Assembly (NCBI GenBank): GCA_043718025.1
Contig: JAYSWN010000091.1
Span: forward strand, 1,882 to 65,881
Direction: 5' to 3'
Origin: Pseudomonadota bacterium
GTDB lineage: Bacteria > Bdellovibrionota > FAC87 > UBA2466
DNA: 64,000 nucleotides
Below, piece after piece: positions 49,481 through 59,699 of this stretch (position 1 is its first letter; the number at the start of each line of letters is the position of its first letter). A program made the translations under genes and the position numbers. The notes under the pieces are model-generated. The model saw nothing but the letters and a program-made list of their open reading frames with translations, was not told the origin of the DNA and did not search any database.

Positions 49481-49570
49481 CCATTCCCAGTGTCAATGAA
49501 CGAAATGGTTACCTCATCCCTTGGTCAAAGAACAAGTAGCCACTTCGATTATCTAAATTAATAAAAGAAA

Positions 49571-49601
49571 AGGCCGATCCCCTATTCTGGGGAAACGGCC
49601 T
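49571..49601 (-). terminator. Rho-independent terminator for the 49625-49886 gene
   Basis: 'aggccgatcccc-tattct-ggggaaacggcct' hairpin. On the minus strand it is followed by TTTCTTTTATT. Confidence 0.55.
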
Positions 49602-49624
49602 ATTTCAATGCTTGCGCACAACCA

Positions 49625-49886
49625 CTATTTTTTGGCTTTTTTTGCGGCTTTAATCTCAACGTCGGCGGCCGTCATTGTGTAGGTGATGGTCGCTTTTTCG
49701 CCCACCTTAAGTTCTCCGCTCACTTTAGTGCTAGCATCCCGCGCCAATTCCCAACGATCTTTTCCTTTTTGAATGGTGATGACGTTGTCTTTTACGTCAA
49801 GCACCGGCCCGGTGACTTGATACGTTTTGGTGGCGGCCATGCCAACGACGGTGAACAGGGTGAAGAGCGAGATGGTGATGAGTTTC
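49625..49886 (-). CDS. Small secreted protein (87 aa) downstream of the peptidase-like gene
   Basis: 'MKLITISLFTLFTVVGMAA' signal peptide. Lys-rich tail. 23-nt gap to the upstream gene. Confidence 0.45.
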
Positions 49887-49949
49887 ATTGAGTCTCCTTG
49901 TAATTTGGAGACGATAAAATAGTCCAACCGCGCCGCTTGTAAAGCGCCG

Positions 49950-51290
49950 TTATGGTTTCCAGACGTTGTCCTCTTCGCCCATCACAATAGCGTGTTGCCT
50001 GGCCGGAAATTTTGCCATGATCTGGCGATAGGTCTCTTTGCGTTCCACCAGCGCCCGCACCATATTCACCCCTACCATCGCCATACCGGCGAAAGGCGAT
50101 GGCATGGAGTTGGTAATGACGTCAAAATATTCGTACGGTTTAGAGCCTGGATTTACCGCTTCGTGGGCGGCCCTTAGCGCGTCGTCGACGTAAAAAAAGG
50201 TGTCGCAACCGTTCACGTTAAAAATTTGGTACTGCCCTTTTTGAAAATTGCCCAATTTAGCCAGAGCACGAATGTTTTCGCCAAATCCTGAGTGGCCACT
50301 ATAGGCGACGTAATCTGCGTTTTTTGTACGCTCGTTATACCGCTGAGCAAAAGCTTCTTCGGGCTCGATTAGGCCGTACTTATCGATCAGCAATAGATTC
50401 ACATCGAGCTCTTCACCACCATCAAGGGCCCAATGCATTTCGACGTCGGGATGGCGCTTTCCCGGTAGCTTTTTGGCGGCCAGCGATACGCTTTGATAGT
50501 CGGGTAGCCCAAACACCTTCCGCAGCGCCGAGTAGGTCTGATTGTAAGCCGCAATTCCGGCATCGGAGTTTGCCGTCGCCTTCTCTATATTAGTGCCAAA
50601 GATCATCGTGGCGACCACGCGCCTGTCCTCATGCACTTTGGCGTACTCCGGAAATTTGCCCTCGGTTTGTAAAGGCGAAGGGCTAAGTTTCATCGTTAGG
50701 TACGAAACCACATTGGGGCTGGCGTGGGTGCTATAAAGTGGGCAGCTTGGTTGCTCGGGGCGGTAGTAGTAGTAGAACGACTCCGGGCTGAGATCGGTGT
50801 CCCCGGCATCTTCGCTACAGTTTTTGTGAAACGTTTCGTAAAACTCATTTAACCCCGAATCATCACTGCTAGCGGGCACCGCCATTCTCAGGCCTTGGGG
50901 AATGGCAAATGACTTGTGCCAGCCCACCAGCACATTCACGTCGTAAAGCACTTCGTTTAATTTTGTTTCGGCAACGGCGGTGATGCTTTGAATTTTGATT
51001 GAAGCGTGGCCCAACTCAGCACCACTTTTTTTTTCATTTAAGGCACCGGCGATGAAGAACAGCTGCGTAATCACCGCCTTTTGAATGGCTTCCGGGGTTG
51101 CGGCCGCGGTCACCAACCTAACGCCCTTAATCTCAGCGTTTAAACCAACTCCCTGGTCAGAATCAAAACGCCAGCCGCGCCCGGACAACGCGTCGTCAGC
51201 GCTCCGCGAGACCGATGTCACCGCGGCGGATAACGAAACTCCAACTGAAACGAGCGCGAATAAGCAAACCTTGGCGAGGGGCCGTATCAT
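49950..51290 (-). CDS. Secreted protein, candidate clan-CD (C11/C25-like) cysteine peptidase
   Basis: Signal peptide 'MIRPLAKVCLFALVSVGVSLSAAV'. 'YSGHSGFG' and 'FNVNGCDTFF' lie ~30 aa apart, resembling a His/Cys dyad in a small-residue context. Confidence 0.4.
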   Translation of the reverse strand: MIRPLAKVCLFALVSVGVSLSAAVTSVSRSADDALSGRGWRFDSDQGVGLNAEIKGVRLVTAAATPEAIQKAVITQLFFIAGALNEKKSGAELGHASIKIQSITAVAETKLNEVLYDVNVLVGWHKSFAIPQGLRMAVPASSDDSGLNEFYETFHKNCSEDAGDTDLSPESFYYYYRPEQPSCPLYSTHASPNVVSYLTMKLSPSPLQTEGKFPEYAKVHEDRRVVATMIFGTNIEKATANSDAGIAAYNQTYSALRKVFGLPDYQSVSLAAKKLPGKRHPDVEMHWALDGGEELDVNLLLIDKYGLIEPEEAFAQRYNERTKNADYVAYSGHSGFGENIRALAKLGNFQKGQYQIFNVNGCDTFFYVDDALRAAHEAVNPGSKPYEYFDVITNSMPSPFAGMAMVGVNMVRALVERKETYRQIMAKFPARQHAIVMGEEDNVWKP

Positions 51291-51431
51291 TGGGGGCTCC
51301 ATTTTTTTAAGGGTAATGAACGATAAAAAGCGGGTTCTGAAAAGTCTGTCATATTTTGATTCTTTGTTCCACACCGACCGCCGCCAAAGGAGTGGAAAGG
51401 CTTTCGGGGATGGGTTAATGATGGCCCACCT

Positions 51432-52427
51432 ATGCGCCTACTTGCCCTTGAAACCAGCTGCGATGATTCCTGCGCTGCGCTGTACGACACCGATCTCGGA
51501 AAGTTGCTTGCCGAACGCACCCTATCGCACACCAAAGCGATGCAGCGGTTTGGCGGCATCGTGCCCGAAGTGGCCAGCCGCGAGCACCTTTGTGCCCTGC
51601 CCTTGGCGGTAAATGAGTGTTTAGGCGAAAGCGGTCTTACCCTAGGACAAATCGATTACGTCGTGGCAACCAACCGGCCCGGCCTAATCGGATCACTGGC
51701 GGTCGGCCTGGCCTACGGCAAAGCTCTGGCCTTTGCCCTAGGAAAACCCTTTTCTGTGGTGAGCCACATTGAAGCCCATCTGTTCTCTCCCCTGCTCTCT
51801 GAAACTATCGCAGTAGCGCCTCCCGCCTATCCGTGGATTGCCTTGGTCGTGAGCGGGGGGCACACCGAACTGTTTATCGTCGAAGCGATCGGTAAATTTA
51901 AATGGCTGGGCGGCACATTGGACGATGCCGCCGGTGAGGCCTTCGACAAAATCGGCAAAGCGGTTGGTTTAGATTACCCCGCCGGCCCTGAAATCGACAA
52001 AATTGCCGCTGCCGCCCCGGAATCGGCGCGAAGCGCCTTTGCTTTTCCCCGCGCCCAAATTCAGGGGTTTAATTTTTCGTTTTCGGGATTAAAAACTGCG
52101 GTGACCATGGCGGCTCTGAAACAGACGCCACTGACGGATGAGGTCAAGCGCAACCTGCTGGCTTCCGCCCAAGAAGCGATTGTCGACGCCCTGGTAAACA
52201 AAGTGCGTAAAGCCCAACGTGAGTTTGGCGGCACGGTTGTCGTTACCGGCGGAGTGGCCTGTAACTCTAGACTACGCGCCCGCCTGCCCGACGCTTTTTT
52301 CCCCGCGCCGAAACATTGCAGCGACAATGCGGCGATGGTGGCCTGCCTTGCCGCCGCGCGGCTCGAAGCCAACCTACTTGCCGTTGCCGGTTGGGACGTC
52401 ACTGCCTCGGCGCGCGAAGAATGGTAA
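51432..52427 (+). CDS. tsaD: tRNA N6-adenosine threonylcarbamoyltransferase
   Basis: 'MRLLALETSCDDSCAALYD' and the whole-length Kae1/TsaD pattern. Confidence 0.9.
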   Translation: MRLLALETSCDDSCAALYDTDLGKLLAERTLSHTKAMQRFGGIVPEVASREHLCALPLAVNECLGESGLTLGQIDYVVATNRPGLIGSLAVGLAYGKALAFALGKPFSVVSHIEAHLFSPLLSETIAVAPPAYPWIALVVSGGHTELFIVEAIGKFKWLGGTLDDAAGEAFDKIGKAVGLDYPAGPEIDKIAAAAPESARSAFAFPRAQIQGFNFSFSGLKTAVTMAALKQTPLTDEVKRNLLASAQEAIVDALVNKVRKAQREFGGTVVVTGGVACNSRLRARLPDAFFPAPKHCSDNAAMVACLAAARLEANLLAVAGWDVTASAREEW

Positions 52428-52450
52428 CGGTCTCGTGATAAGATTCGGCA

Positions 52451-54076
52451 ATGAAGAAAGACCTAGGTTTTGTCGTCGTTCTTTTGCTCGTCATGAGCAA
52501 ATTAGTGTACGGCGTCTTTAAACTCTACGATTTGGGCCATTTTGAAGAATCGTATCACCGCATGGCGGCCCGCAATTGGCTGCTCCGCGGAATGGCTCTT
52601 GAGGCTGACTTCGCCCCTCTTTATTCACTCTGGATCTTGGCGTGGGATACGCACGCCACTCCATACTTCGCCCACTACGGTAACTTCATCCTGCTTACGT
52701 TTTTTATTGGGCTCACCACTTACGCGATCGCGCGCAGGCTCACCTCGGCAAACGGCGCGCTGTTTGCGGCGGCCATGGTAAGCCTGCTCCAGCTCAATAC
52801 GGCGACCGCAACCAAAGTATCTCTCTTCGCGGCGTGGATCCCGCTGCTTTTTTGTGCGCTTGGTTTTCTATTTAAAAAGCGAAGCCTCGCCCTTTCGGTG
52901 GCCATCACCGGAGTCGTGGTCGCGGTCTTTATTCGCGTAGAAATGGCGCTAAGCCTCGCGCTAATGCTTCCTCTCTTTTTCGGCGTCGGCTATGGGGAAT
53001 GGCGCACGCAAAAAACGCGGGCGCTTACTCTCGTTGCAGAACTGATGCTGCCCCTCGCCTCGGCGATTTCGTTGCTTATCTATTTCGGCAATCCCTTTAT
53101 TGGAAATCATTGGTTGGTTTCGCTCTCCCAGCAATTCGTACGCCGTTGGTCGAGTTGGTTTGAGCCACACTACCCCTGGCAATTGCAGTTTTCAGTAAAG
53201 TGGAAAACTTTATTTCCCTTCGCCACCACGATGACTGAAGCGATTTTACAGCAGCCAAAACTCTTCGCCCGCTATTTCTTATCTAACCTGCTCGACCTTC
53301 CCCTGGAAATTTACAAGGCGATCTTTTCTCTACAATTCTTTTCTCAAGCCGGTTTAGTTGGCCTGACGGCGGTGAGCCATTGGCTTGCGGCTGCCCTTCT
53401 ACTTTCCCTTATCGCCGGTAGAAAACAGATTCCAGAATTTATAGCCACCCTGGCCAAAGTCCCGGCTTGGCCACTGCCTTTGATTCTTGTCGCGCTACTT
53501 TTGCCGCAGATAGTGAGCGAGATTTTAATTTTCCAGGAGTGGAACACCCTCGCCACCACGGCGATCGTATTTTGGATCTTTTCGGCCGCCTGGCTGGCGT
53601 ACCTTCTGCCCCAACCACACTTTGCACCCATGCCTTCGTTACCGGCGTGGGCAGCGGTAGTGGCGCTAATCCTGCTGACTCCCTTTGCTTGGTCTCCGTG
53701 GTCCACGGAACCGCTGCCCGATAAGCCAAACCTAAGAATGATTCATGCGCTGAATCGACTGCCCCTAAAAAAGGGCACGGATGACATCATCGTGGCCGAC
53801 GATTTTCGCGGCTACTCTACCTACCTTGATCGCCGTTTTGTTCGCCTTCCGCCGTGGCGGCGCGAAACACCGCTGCTCACTTTTTTAGAAAAAAACAACG
53901 TTGGCATCTTGGTAACCATTCCCACTCAGCCGTTTCTTCCCGAAGAGCAATTCGAAGCGCTACAGGCGAACGCCGGTAGTTTCGGTTACAAACGGTTTAA
54001 CATTCGCCACCACAGTGCGATCTACGTTCGGCAAGACCTGTTAACACCTTCTCAAAAATTTACCCTACGCGATTGA
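52451..54076 (+). CDS. Polytopic membrane protein, GT-C-like (ArnT/PMT-type) candidate
   Basis: ~12 hydrophobic segments across 541 aa. No soluble catalytic motif. Confidence 0.45.
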   Translation: MKKDLGFVVVLLLVMSKLVYGVFKLYDLGHFEESYHRMAARNWLLRGMALEADFAPLYSLWILAWDTHATPYFAHYGNFILLTFFIGLTTYAIARRLTSANGALFAAAMVSLLQLNTATATKVSLFAAWIPLLFCALGFLFKKRSLALSVAITGVVVAVFIRVEMALSLALMLPLFFGVGYGEWRTQKTRALTLVAELMLPLASAISLLIYFGNPFIGNHWLVSLSQQFVRRWSSWFEPHYPWQLQFSVKWKTLFPFATTMTEAILQQPKLFARYFLSNLLDLPLEIYKAIFSLQFFSQAGLVGLTAVSHWLAAALLLSLIAGRKQIPEFIATLAKVPAWPLPLILVALLLPQIVSEILIFQEWNTLATTAIVFWIFSAAWLAYLLPQPHFAPMPSLPAWAAVVALILLTPFAWSPWSTEPLPDKPNLRMIHALNRLPLKKGTDDIIVADDFRGYSTYLDRRFVRLPPWRRETPLLTFLEKNNVGILVTIPTQPFLPEEQFEALQANAGSFGYKRFNIRHHSAIYVRQDLLTPSQKFTLRD

Positions 54077-54135
54077 CAGTTTCTGCGCGCCGCACCTAAA
54101 TCAGACCACATTGGTTGTTAACGGATGGGGGAAAA

Positions 54136-54747
54136 ATGAAGCTCTTATTGGCAATGATTTTGGCCAGCGGTTTGGCCTATGGCGAAAGCAAAGCTCCGGC
54201 GCTTATTAAAAATTTGGCCGGCTGTTTTTCGGTATCCTACCGTTTCGTTGAGAACGGCAAATACGACTACGAGATTCCCAATAAGTCGATGCCGGTGGTT
54301 TACGAATGGATCACGGTAAAAGATGACACCAAAGGTGCCCACATTGCACAGCACTACGGTGTGTATAAAAATGATGCCGGTAAATTTGAAACCATGGTCC
54401 ACTTCTACGAAGAGTGGACGAGCCCAAAGGCCAATTACTGGGTGCAGAGGGTTATCAGCCCTTCCGGAGTGCCTCGTTACACCTGTGAATCCGCCGAACG
54501 ATTTGGCCAACTGGCCTGCCAATCAAAAGGGGCCCCCAAACCGGTGCGTGACACCAATCGAAAAGACTACGATGTGCTCAATCGCGGAACCACCTTGCAG
54601 ATTACTCCACTCGGTTGGGTGCAAAATGAGATTAACGATAAGGTCAAAAAAGATGGTACGGTCGTGGCCACCGAAGTGGGCTGGATCGAATACCGTAGAT
54701 TAGAGGACGATTCGGTCTGTGCCGATGCGAAAAAAGAATTTCCTTAA
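54136..54747 (+). CDS. Secreted hypothetical protein with 4 Cys
   Basis: 'MKLLLAMILASGLAYG' signal peptide. Confidence 0.45.
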   Translation: MKLLLAMILASGLAYGESKAPALIKNLAGCFSVSYRFVENGKYDYEIPNKSMPVVYEWITVKDDTKGAHIAQHYGVYKNDAGKFETMVHFYEEWTSPKANYWVQRVISPSGVPRYTCESAERFGQLACQSKGAPKPVRDTNRKDYDVLNRGTTLQITPLGWVQNEINDKVKKDGTVVATEVGWIEYRRLEDDSVCADAKKEFP

Positions 54748-54763
54748 GGCGTAAGGCGAGAAT

Positions 54764-55570
54764 TTGAGCCATCCAAAAAAGCTGCTGGATGCCCTAGGGG
54801 CAAATGCCCTTAAGTCATTCAGCCAAAACTTTCTGACCTCCCCGCATTGGGCCGAAAAGCTCTCCGGGGAGGTTCTTAATTCAGGCGCCGCTGCCATCTG
54901 GGAAATTGGCCCAGGTTTGGGCGCTCTCACCGACTTGCTGGTAAAACAGACCAAGGTCCCGCTTCAAGTCTTTGAGATCGATCGCAAGTTATCGGCACGA
55001 CTGCGCGAGATCTACCCTGATCTCGCCTTGGTCGAAGGCGATTTTTTAAAGACCTCGCCGGATGAGCTGCCGGCCGAGTTGGTGCCGCTGGCGATACTGT
55101 CGAACCTTCCGTTCCACATCTCTTCGGCAATCGTATTTCGCATCGTCGACTGGGGTGCCGCCGTAAAAGTTGCCGTGCTTACGTTTCAAAAAGAGTTCGC
55201 CGAGCGGATCAAAGCTAAGGTCGGCGACGATGCGTATTCTGGTTTGTCGGTGAACGTGCAGTACCATTTCGAAGTCGAAAGCCTGGGCATTCTCCCAAAG
55301 GGGGCATTTTACCCTGAGCCCGGCGTTCAGTCTGAGGCATTAAAGTTGACCCCCCGCCAGGTGCCCAAAGAGGTCGCGGCACGCTTCCGCGCTTTTGTGC
55401 GTTTGGCTTTTACTCGCCCGCGCCGCAAATTGGGCGGCAACTTGCGCGGAGGTTATTCCGACGAAGCCCTACAACCGGCTTACGTTAGCACCGGCATCGA
55501 CCCAAATCGCCGCCCTGAAACGCTCACCCTTGAAGAGTTTCAAAAACTGTTCGCCGCGTTGAGCCCGTAA
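54764..55570 (+). CDS. rsmA: 16S rRNA (adenine1518/1519-N6)-dimethyltransferase
   Basis: 'SFSQNFL' and the SAM motif 'IWEIGPGLGALT'. Confidence 0.9.
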   Translation: MSHPKKLLDALGANALKSFSQNFLTSPHWAEKLSGEVLNSGAAAIWEIGPGLGALTDLLVKQTKVPLQVFEIDRKLSARLREIYPDLALVEGDFLKTSPDELPAELVPLAILSNLPFHISSAIVFRIVDWGAAVKVAVLTFQKEFAERIKAKVGDDAYSGLSVNVQYHFEVESLGILPKGAFYPEPGVQSEALKLTPRQVPKEVAARFRAFVRLAFTRPRRKLGGNLRGGYSDEALQPAYVSTGIDPNRRPETLTLEEFQKLFAALSP

Positions 55571-55630
55571 AGCTTTTGAGCTTAATTGCGGTAATTTTCG
55601 CAACGTGTTACTCAAGGTGCCGGTGCGCCA

Positions 55631-56857
55631 TTGAGATTATTCCTTAACACTTTAATATCTTTAATCATTTTTTTACTACCGGGGTCGCTATACGGCGTCT
55701 GGTCGGGCGATTTTTCTACCTTTGGCGGGCGTTTGTTGCCCAGCGCACCTCAAGCCCGTTTCAGCCTGATGCAATGGGGCAGCGCCTTTTCTACTTTGAC
55801 CAACGTGCGCGTAGACGGACCGCTATATCGCACGCAGAACGGAACGTCGGCCACCGGCGATCAAACGTTGCCGTCGGTCAGCAGCACGTTATGGTCGGCC
55901 GGCCTTAGCTACCCCATAAAGCGCGCCACCTTCGGCATGGTCATGAGCGGCCCTTTTGGCAACCTTCGCAGTTTTCGCGCCTCGACTCCCTATGACTTTG
56001 TGGCGTTACGCGACGCCACCACCGACACCCAATTCAAGGCCGCCCTGCTTGGCTCATTCGCCTTGGTTCCCTCCACGCTTTTTCTACGGGCCGGGGCCCA
56101 ATTTTTTATCTCGTCTTCGGGCACCGCCGAGGCGGTTTTGATCGGCGTGAACCCAACCGGGCGCTTTGCCGCCGACGTCGGGTTAAATAGCGCCGCCATG
56201 TTAGGCACCTCTTACGAAACGGCCGATGACGAAATCGGTTTTTCCTTCCGCCAGGAGGTAGCCCCCAAGATCACTCAAGGTTTCATCGGGCAAATTGCCA
56301 TCGGTAATCTACAAACTTTTGAGCAGCCCATCTGGTTTCGAAGTGTTCTCTATTTCGAGCCTCACAAAGTGGAAGCGTACTGGCGCCACCATTTTACGAA
56401 GTTTTCAATACGGGGAGGGCTCACCTACGAGGTGTGGTCGCGCTACCAGCCGGCATTTTTAACCGCCGAAACCAAAGATGCCGCGGGCCAACCCCTAATC
56501 ACCGAAGTGCCGGCCATCTCCATGGGCAATACTCTTAACCCTGAACTGACGCTAAGTAGTCAAACCTTGCTGCCCTTCTCCCTAGCTATCGGCTATCGCT
56601 ATTCTCCCACCCCTATTCGTGACTTTAGTGGTCCGTTAAATTTTTTGGATAGCAACCTGCACCGAATGCAGCTCGACATCGGCACCTCGCTAAAGAACGT
56701 GGGTTTAAGCGATGTGCGGGCAGAACTCACCCTTGAGTACGGCTGGTGGGCGAAGCAAGAGGTGAAGAAAGCCAAACTCGAGTACATCGGAGCGCCCGGG
56801 TACACCATTCAAGGGGATCGCTACCGGGTCGAAACCCGATTTGTCGTCGCGCTGTAA
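55631..56857 (+). CDS. Outer-membrane beta-barrel candidate (FadL/OmpP1-like?)
   Basis: Signal peptide. Alternating amphipathic beta-strand composition. Aromatic-rich C-terminal half. Confidence 0.35.
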   Translation: MRLFLNTLISLIIFLLPGSLYGVWSGDFSTFGGRLLPSAPQARFSLMQWGSAFSTLTNVRVDGPLYRTQNGTSATGDQTLPSVSSTLWSAGLSYPIKRATFGMVMSGPFGNLRSFRASTPYDFVALRDATTDTQFKAALLGSFALVPSTLFLRAGAQFFISSSGTAEAVLIGVNPTGRFAADVGLNSAAMLGTSYETADDEIGFSFRQEVAPKITQGFIGQIAIGNLQTFEQPIWFRSVLYFEPHKVEAYWRHHFTKFSIRGGLTYEVWSRYQPAFLTAETKDAAGQPLITEVPAISMGNTLNPELTLSSQTLLPFSLAIGYRYSPTPIRDFSGPLNFLDSNLHRMQLDIGTSLKNVGLSDVRAELTLEYGWWAKQEVKKAKLEYIGAPGYTIQGDRYRVETRFVVAL

Positions 56858-56902
56858 AGTTGCGCAGAGGGGGGAGAGTTAAGGTATAACTCTCCGAGAT
56901 TT

Positions 56903-57718
56903 ATGAGCAGTCAGACGAGCGAAAAAGCTAGGAAATGCACCGCCCTTACCGTGGCCGAGGCCAAAGGCAAGCAACGGCTGGTTGCGGTGACCGCTTACGA
57001 CGCCACCTTTGCGCGTCTCTTCGACGCCCACGCCGATATTTTACTGGTGGGTGACTCTTTGGGCATGGTCATTCAAGGTCACCGCGACACGCTGACCGTA
57101 ACTCTCGACGAAATGATTTATCACTGTAAAGCGGTGGCGCGGGGGCGCACCCGGGCCCACTTGGTGGCCGACATGCCTTTTCTCACCGCGGGATTGGGAG
57201 CCCGCACGGCCGTGAAAAACGCGGGCCGACTCATCGCCGAAGGGCGTGCCGAAGCCGTGAAGATTGAGGGAGGGGCCGCAATGACCGAAGCGATTAGCGC
57301 CATCGTCGCGCAAGGAATTCCGGTGATGGGCCACTTAGGGCTCACCCCGCAAAGTGTCCACCAGATGGGCGGTTACAAGATCCAGGGTAAAACCGAGCGT
57401 TCCCGGCAAACTATTCTCAACGACGCCTTGGCAATCGAACGGGCCGGCGCCTATTGTGTGGTGCTCGAGGGCATTCCCGCCGATCTGGCGACCGAAATCA
57501 CCGCAAAATTAAAAATTCCTACGATTGGCATTGGCGCCGGAAAAAACTGCGACGGTCAGGTTTTAGTTTCGTACGACCTGCTCGGCATGAACCCCGATTT
57601 TTGTCCCAAGTTCGTTAAGAAATTTATTACCCTTCAACCGCTAATTGACGAGGCGATGGCCAGTTACGCGCGAGAAGTGAGAGACGGCACTTTTCCAGGA
57701 AACGAGCACTCCTTTTAA
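56903..57718 (+). CDS. panB: 3-methyl-2-oxobutanoate hydroxymethyltransferase
   Basis: '[13 protein letters not shown]...[14 protein letters not shown]'. Confidence 0.9.
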   Translation: MSSQTSEKARKCTALTVAEAKGKQRLVAVTAYDATFARLFDAHADILLVGDSLGMVIQGHRDTLTVTLDEMIYHCKAVARGRTRAHLVADMPFLTAGLGARTAVKNAGRLIAEGRAEAVKIEGGAAMTEAISAIVAQGIPVMGHLGLTPQSVHQMGGYKIQGKTERSRQTILNDALAIERAGAYCVVLEGIPADLATEITAKLKIPTIGIGAGKNCDGQVLVSYDLLGMNPDFCPKFVKKFITLQPLIDEAMASYAREVRDGTFPGNEHSF

Positions 57719-57730
57719 TCAGAGAGATTT

Positions 57731-58600
57731 ATGCTGACACTCAGCTCACCCCAAGTAGTCCAAGAAACCGTTCTCAGATGGAAGAAAGAGCAGAAGATTG
57801 CTTTTGTTCCCACCATGGGCGCCCTACACGACGGGCATCTATCGCTGGTGAAACTTGCCAAAAACTATGGACAAAGAGTCATCGTCAGCATTTTTGTGAA
57901 CCCACTGCAGTTTGGCCCTAAAGAAGACTTAGCCAAGTACCCGCGGTCGCTAGAGCAAGACATGGGGCTGCTTGAGGAAGCCAACGTTGACTTATTATTT
58001 CTTCCGACCGCCGAAGAGTTTTACGCTCCCGATTTTTCAAGCCGCGTAAAAGTTGAAAAAGTGACCGAGCATTTGTGTGGGGCTTCGCGCCCCGGCCACT
58101 TTGAAGGGGTGGCCACGGTCTGTCTCAAATTATTTAGCGTCACCCAGCCTGATTTCGCGGTCTTTGGCGAAAAAGACTTTCAGCAGCTGCGCGTGCTACA
58201 AAAGATGACCTCCGATTTTAATCTCCCCCTGGCCATTGTGCCGCATTCCATCGTGCGCGAAGCTGACGGTTTGGCGATGTCATCACGTAATCGTAACTTA
58301 ACCCCTGAAGGGAGACTCCTGGCGCGACTGATTCCCGAGGCCTTTAAAGAAGGGCAGGCGTGGGCCAGCTCTCACCCCGAAACCACCGTGGGCGAGCTGC
58401 TCGAGAAGGTGCGCGCCCATTGGCAAGGCGTTCCGATCAGGGAAGACTACGTTGAAGTGGTTTCGGCCAAAGATCTAGTGCCCTGCCCGGCGCACACTAA
58501 AATCATGGAGATCGCTTCGCCCCGACTATTTTTGGCGGTTTTTGTGGAAGCTACGCGCTTAATTGACAACATCGACTTGAGCAAACGAGGACACGTTTAG
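57731..58600 (+). CDS. panC: Pantoate--beta-alanine ligase
   Basis: 'FVPTMGALHDGHLSLV'. Confidence 0.9.
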   Translation: MLTLSSPQVVQETVLRWKKEQKIAFVPTMGALHDGHLSLVKLAKNYGQRVIVSIFVNPLQFGPKEDLAKYPRSLEQDMGLLEEANVDLLFLPTAEEFYAPDFSSRVKVEKVTEHLCGASRPGHFEGVATVCLKLFSVTQPDFAVFGEKDFQQLRVLQKMTSDFNLPLAIVPHSIVREADGLAMSSRNRNLTPEGRLLARLIPEAFKEGQAWASSHPETTVGELLEKVRAHWQGVPIREDYVEVVSAKDLVPCPAHTKIMEIASPRLFLAVFVEATRLIDNIDLSKRGHV

Positions 58601-59199
58601 TGAAGGCCTTACGCACCTATTTCATCACCGGACTTTTAATCGTATTTCCGGTGTTGGCCACTATCGACATCTTTCGCTGGGTGATTCGAGTGGTTGAAAA
58701 CTCAGTGCGGGGAATATTGCCCACGGCCTTGCTCCCTTTTGATTTTCCGGGGCTCGGTTTTCTTATCGCCTTAGGGGTAATTCTAATCGCCGGTATGGCC
58801 GCCCAAAACTTTTTGGGGCGCTGGCTGGTCGACGTTTTGGATCAAGGCATCAAAAAAATTTCGTTAGTCGGCGGGATTTACGGCGGAATTAAAAAGTTTT
58901 TACAGACTATCGTAGGTCAAAAGAAGGACGAGCGTTTTAAAGGCGTGGTGTTGGTCCCTTTTCCGCGCGAAGGCATCTATTCCATCGGTTTTCGTACCGG
59001 TTCCCCCGATCCCAAACTACAGCTCAAGGCCGAAGATGGTTGGGTAAATATTTTTGTGCCCTGCACTCCAAATCCCACCTCGGGTTTTTATTTGCTGTGC
59101 AAAGAAAAAGAGCTGGTTCCGCTTGCGATCAACGTGCAGGAGGCTTTTCGGATTGTGATCTCCTTGGGCTTGGTCACCAGTGAAGAGAAATTAACTTGA
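58600..59199 (+). CDS. DUF502 membrane protein
   Basis: 'YFITGLLIVFPVLATIDIFRWV' is a typical DUF502 N-terminus. Overlapping start/stop with neighbours. Confidence 0.65.
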   Translation: MKALRTYFITGLLIVFPVLATIDIFRWVIRVVENSVRGILPTALLPFDFPGLGFLIALGVILIAGMAAQNFLGRWLVDVLDQGIKKISLVGGIYGGIKKFLQTIVGQKKDERFKGVVLVPFPREGIYSIGFRTGSPDPKLQLKAEDGWVNIFVPCTPNPTSGFYLLCKEKELVPLAINVQEAFRIVISLGLVTSEEKLT

Positions 59200-59681
59200 G
59201 CGGCAAAGCCAAAAGTGAAACCGCGGCGATCGGAATCAAGGTCATTACCGACAACCGCAAAGCCGGGCATAATTACTTTTTAGAAGACCGCTTTGAGGCG
59301 GGGATGGTGCTGACCGGCACCGAAGTAAAATCGCTGCGAGACGGCAAAGCGAACCTGAAAGACGCCTACGCTATTTTTAAAGGGGGCGAGATGTGGCTAA
59401 TCAATGCGCACATTGCTCCCTATACGATGGGCAACCGCGCCAACCACGAACCGCTACGCACCCGAAAACTGCTGCTTAAAAAATCGGAACTCTTAAAACT
59501 TTATGGTCGAATGGAGACAAAAGGCTATTCGCTTATCCCCACCAAAATGTACTTCAAAAAAGGCAAGGCTAAGATAGAAGTGGCCTTGGCCCGGGGCAAA
59601 AAGAACCACGACAAACGCGGCGACATCAAAGATCGCGAACACAAGCGCGAAATGGACCGGCTTACCAAAACGATTCGCTAG
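59196..59681 (+). CDS. smpB: SsrA-binding protein
   Basis: 'NRKAGHNYFLEDRFEAGMVLTGTEVKSLR...LLLKK'. Confidence 0.9.
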   Translation: MSGKAKSETAAIGIKVITDNRKAGHNYFLEDRFEAGMVLTGTEVKSLRDGKANLKDAYAIFKGGEMWLINAHIAPYTMGNRANHEPLRTRKLLLKKSELLKLYGRMETKGYSLIPTKMYFKKGKAKIEVALARGKKNHDKRGDIKDREHKREMDRLTKTIR

Positions 59682-59699
59682 ATGCCGGTTGAAATGAAA

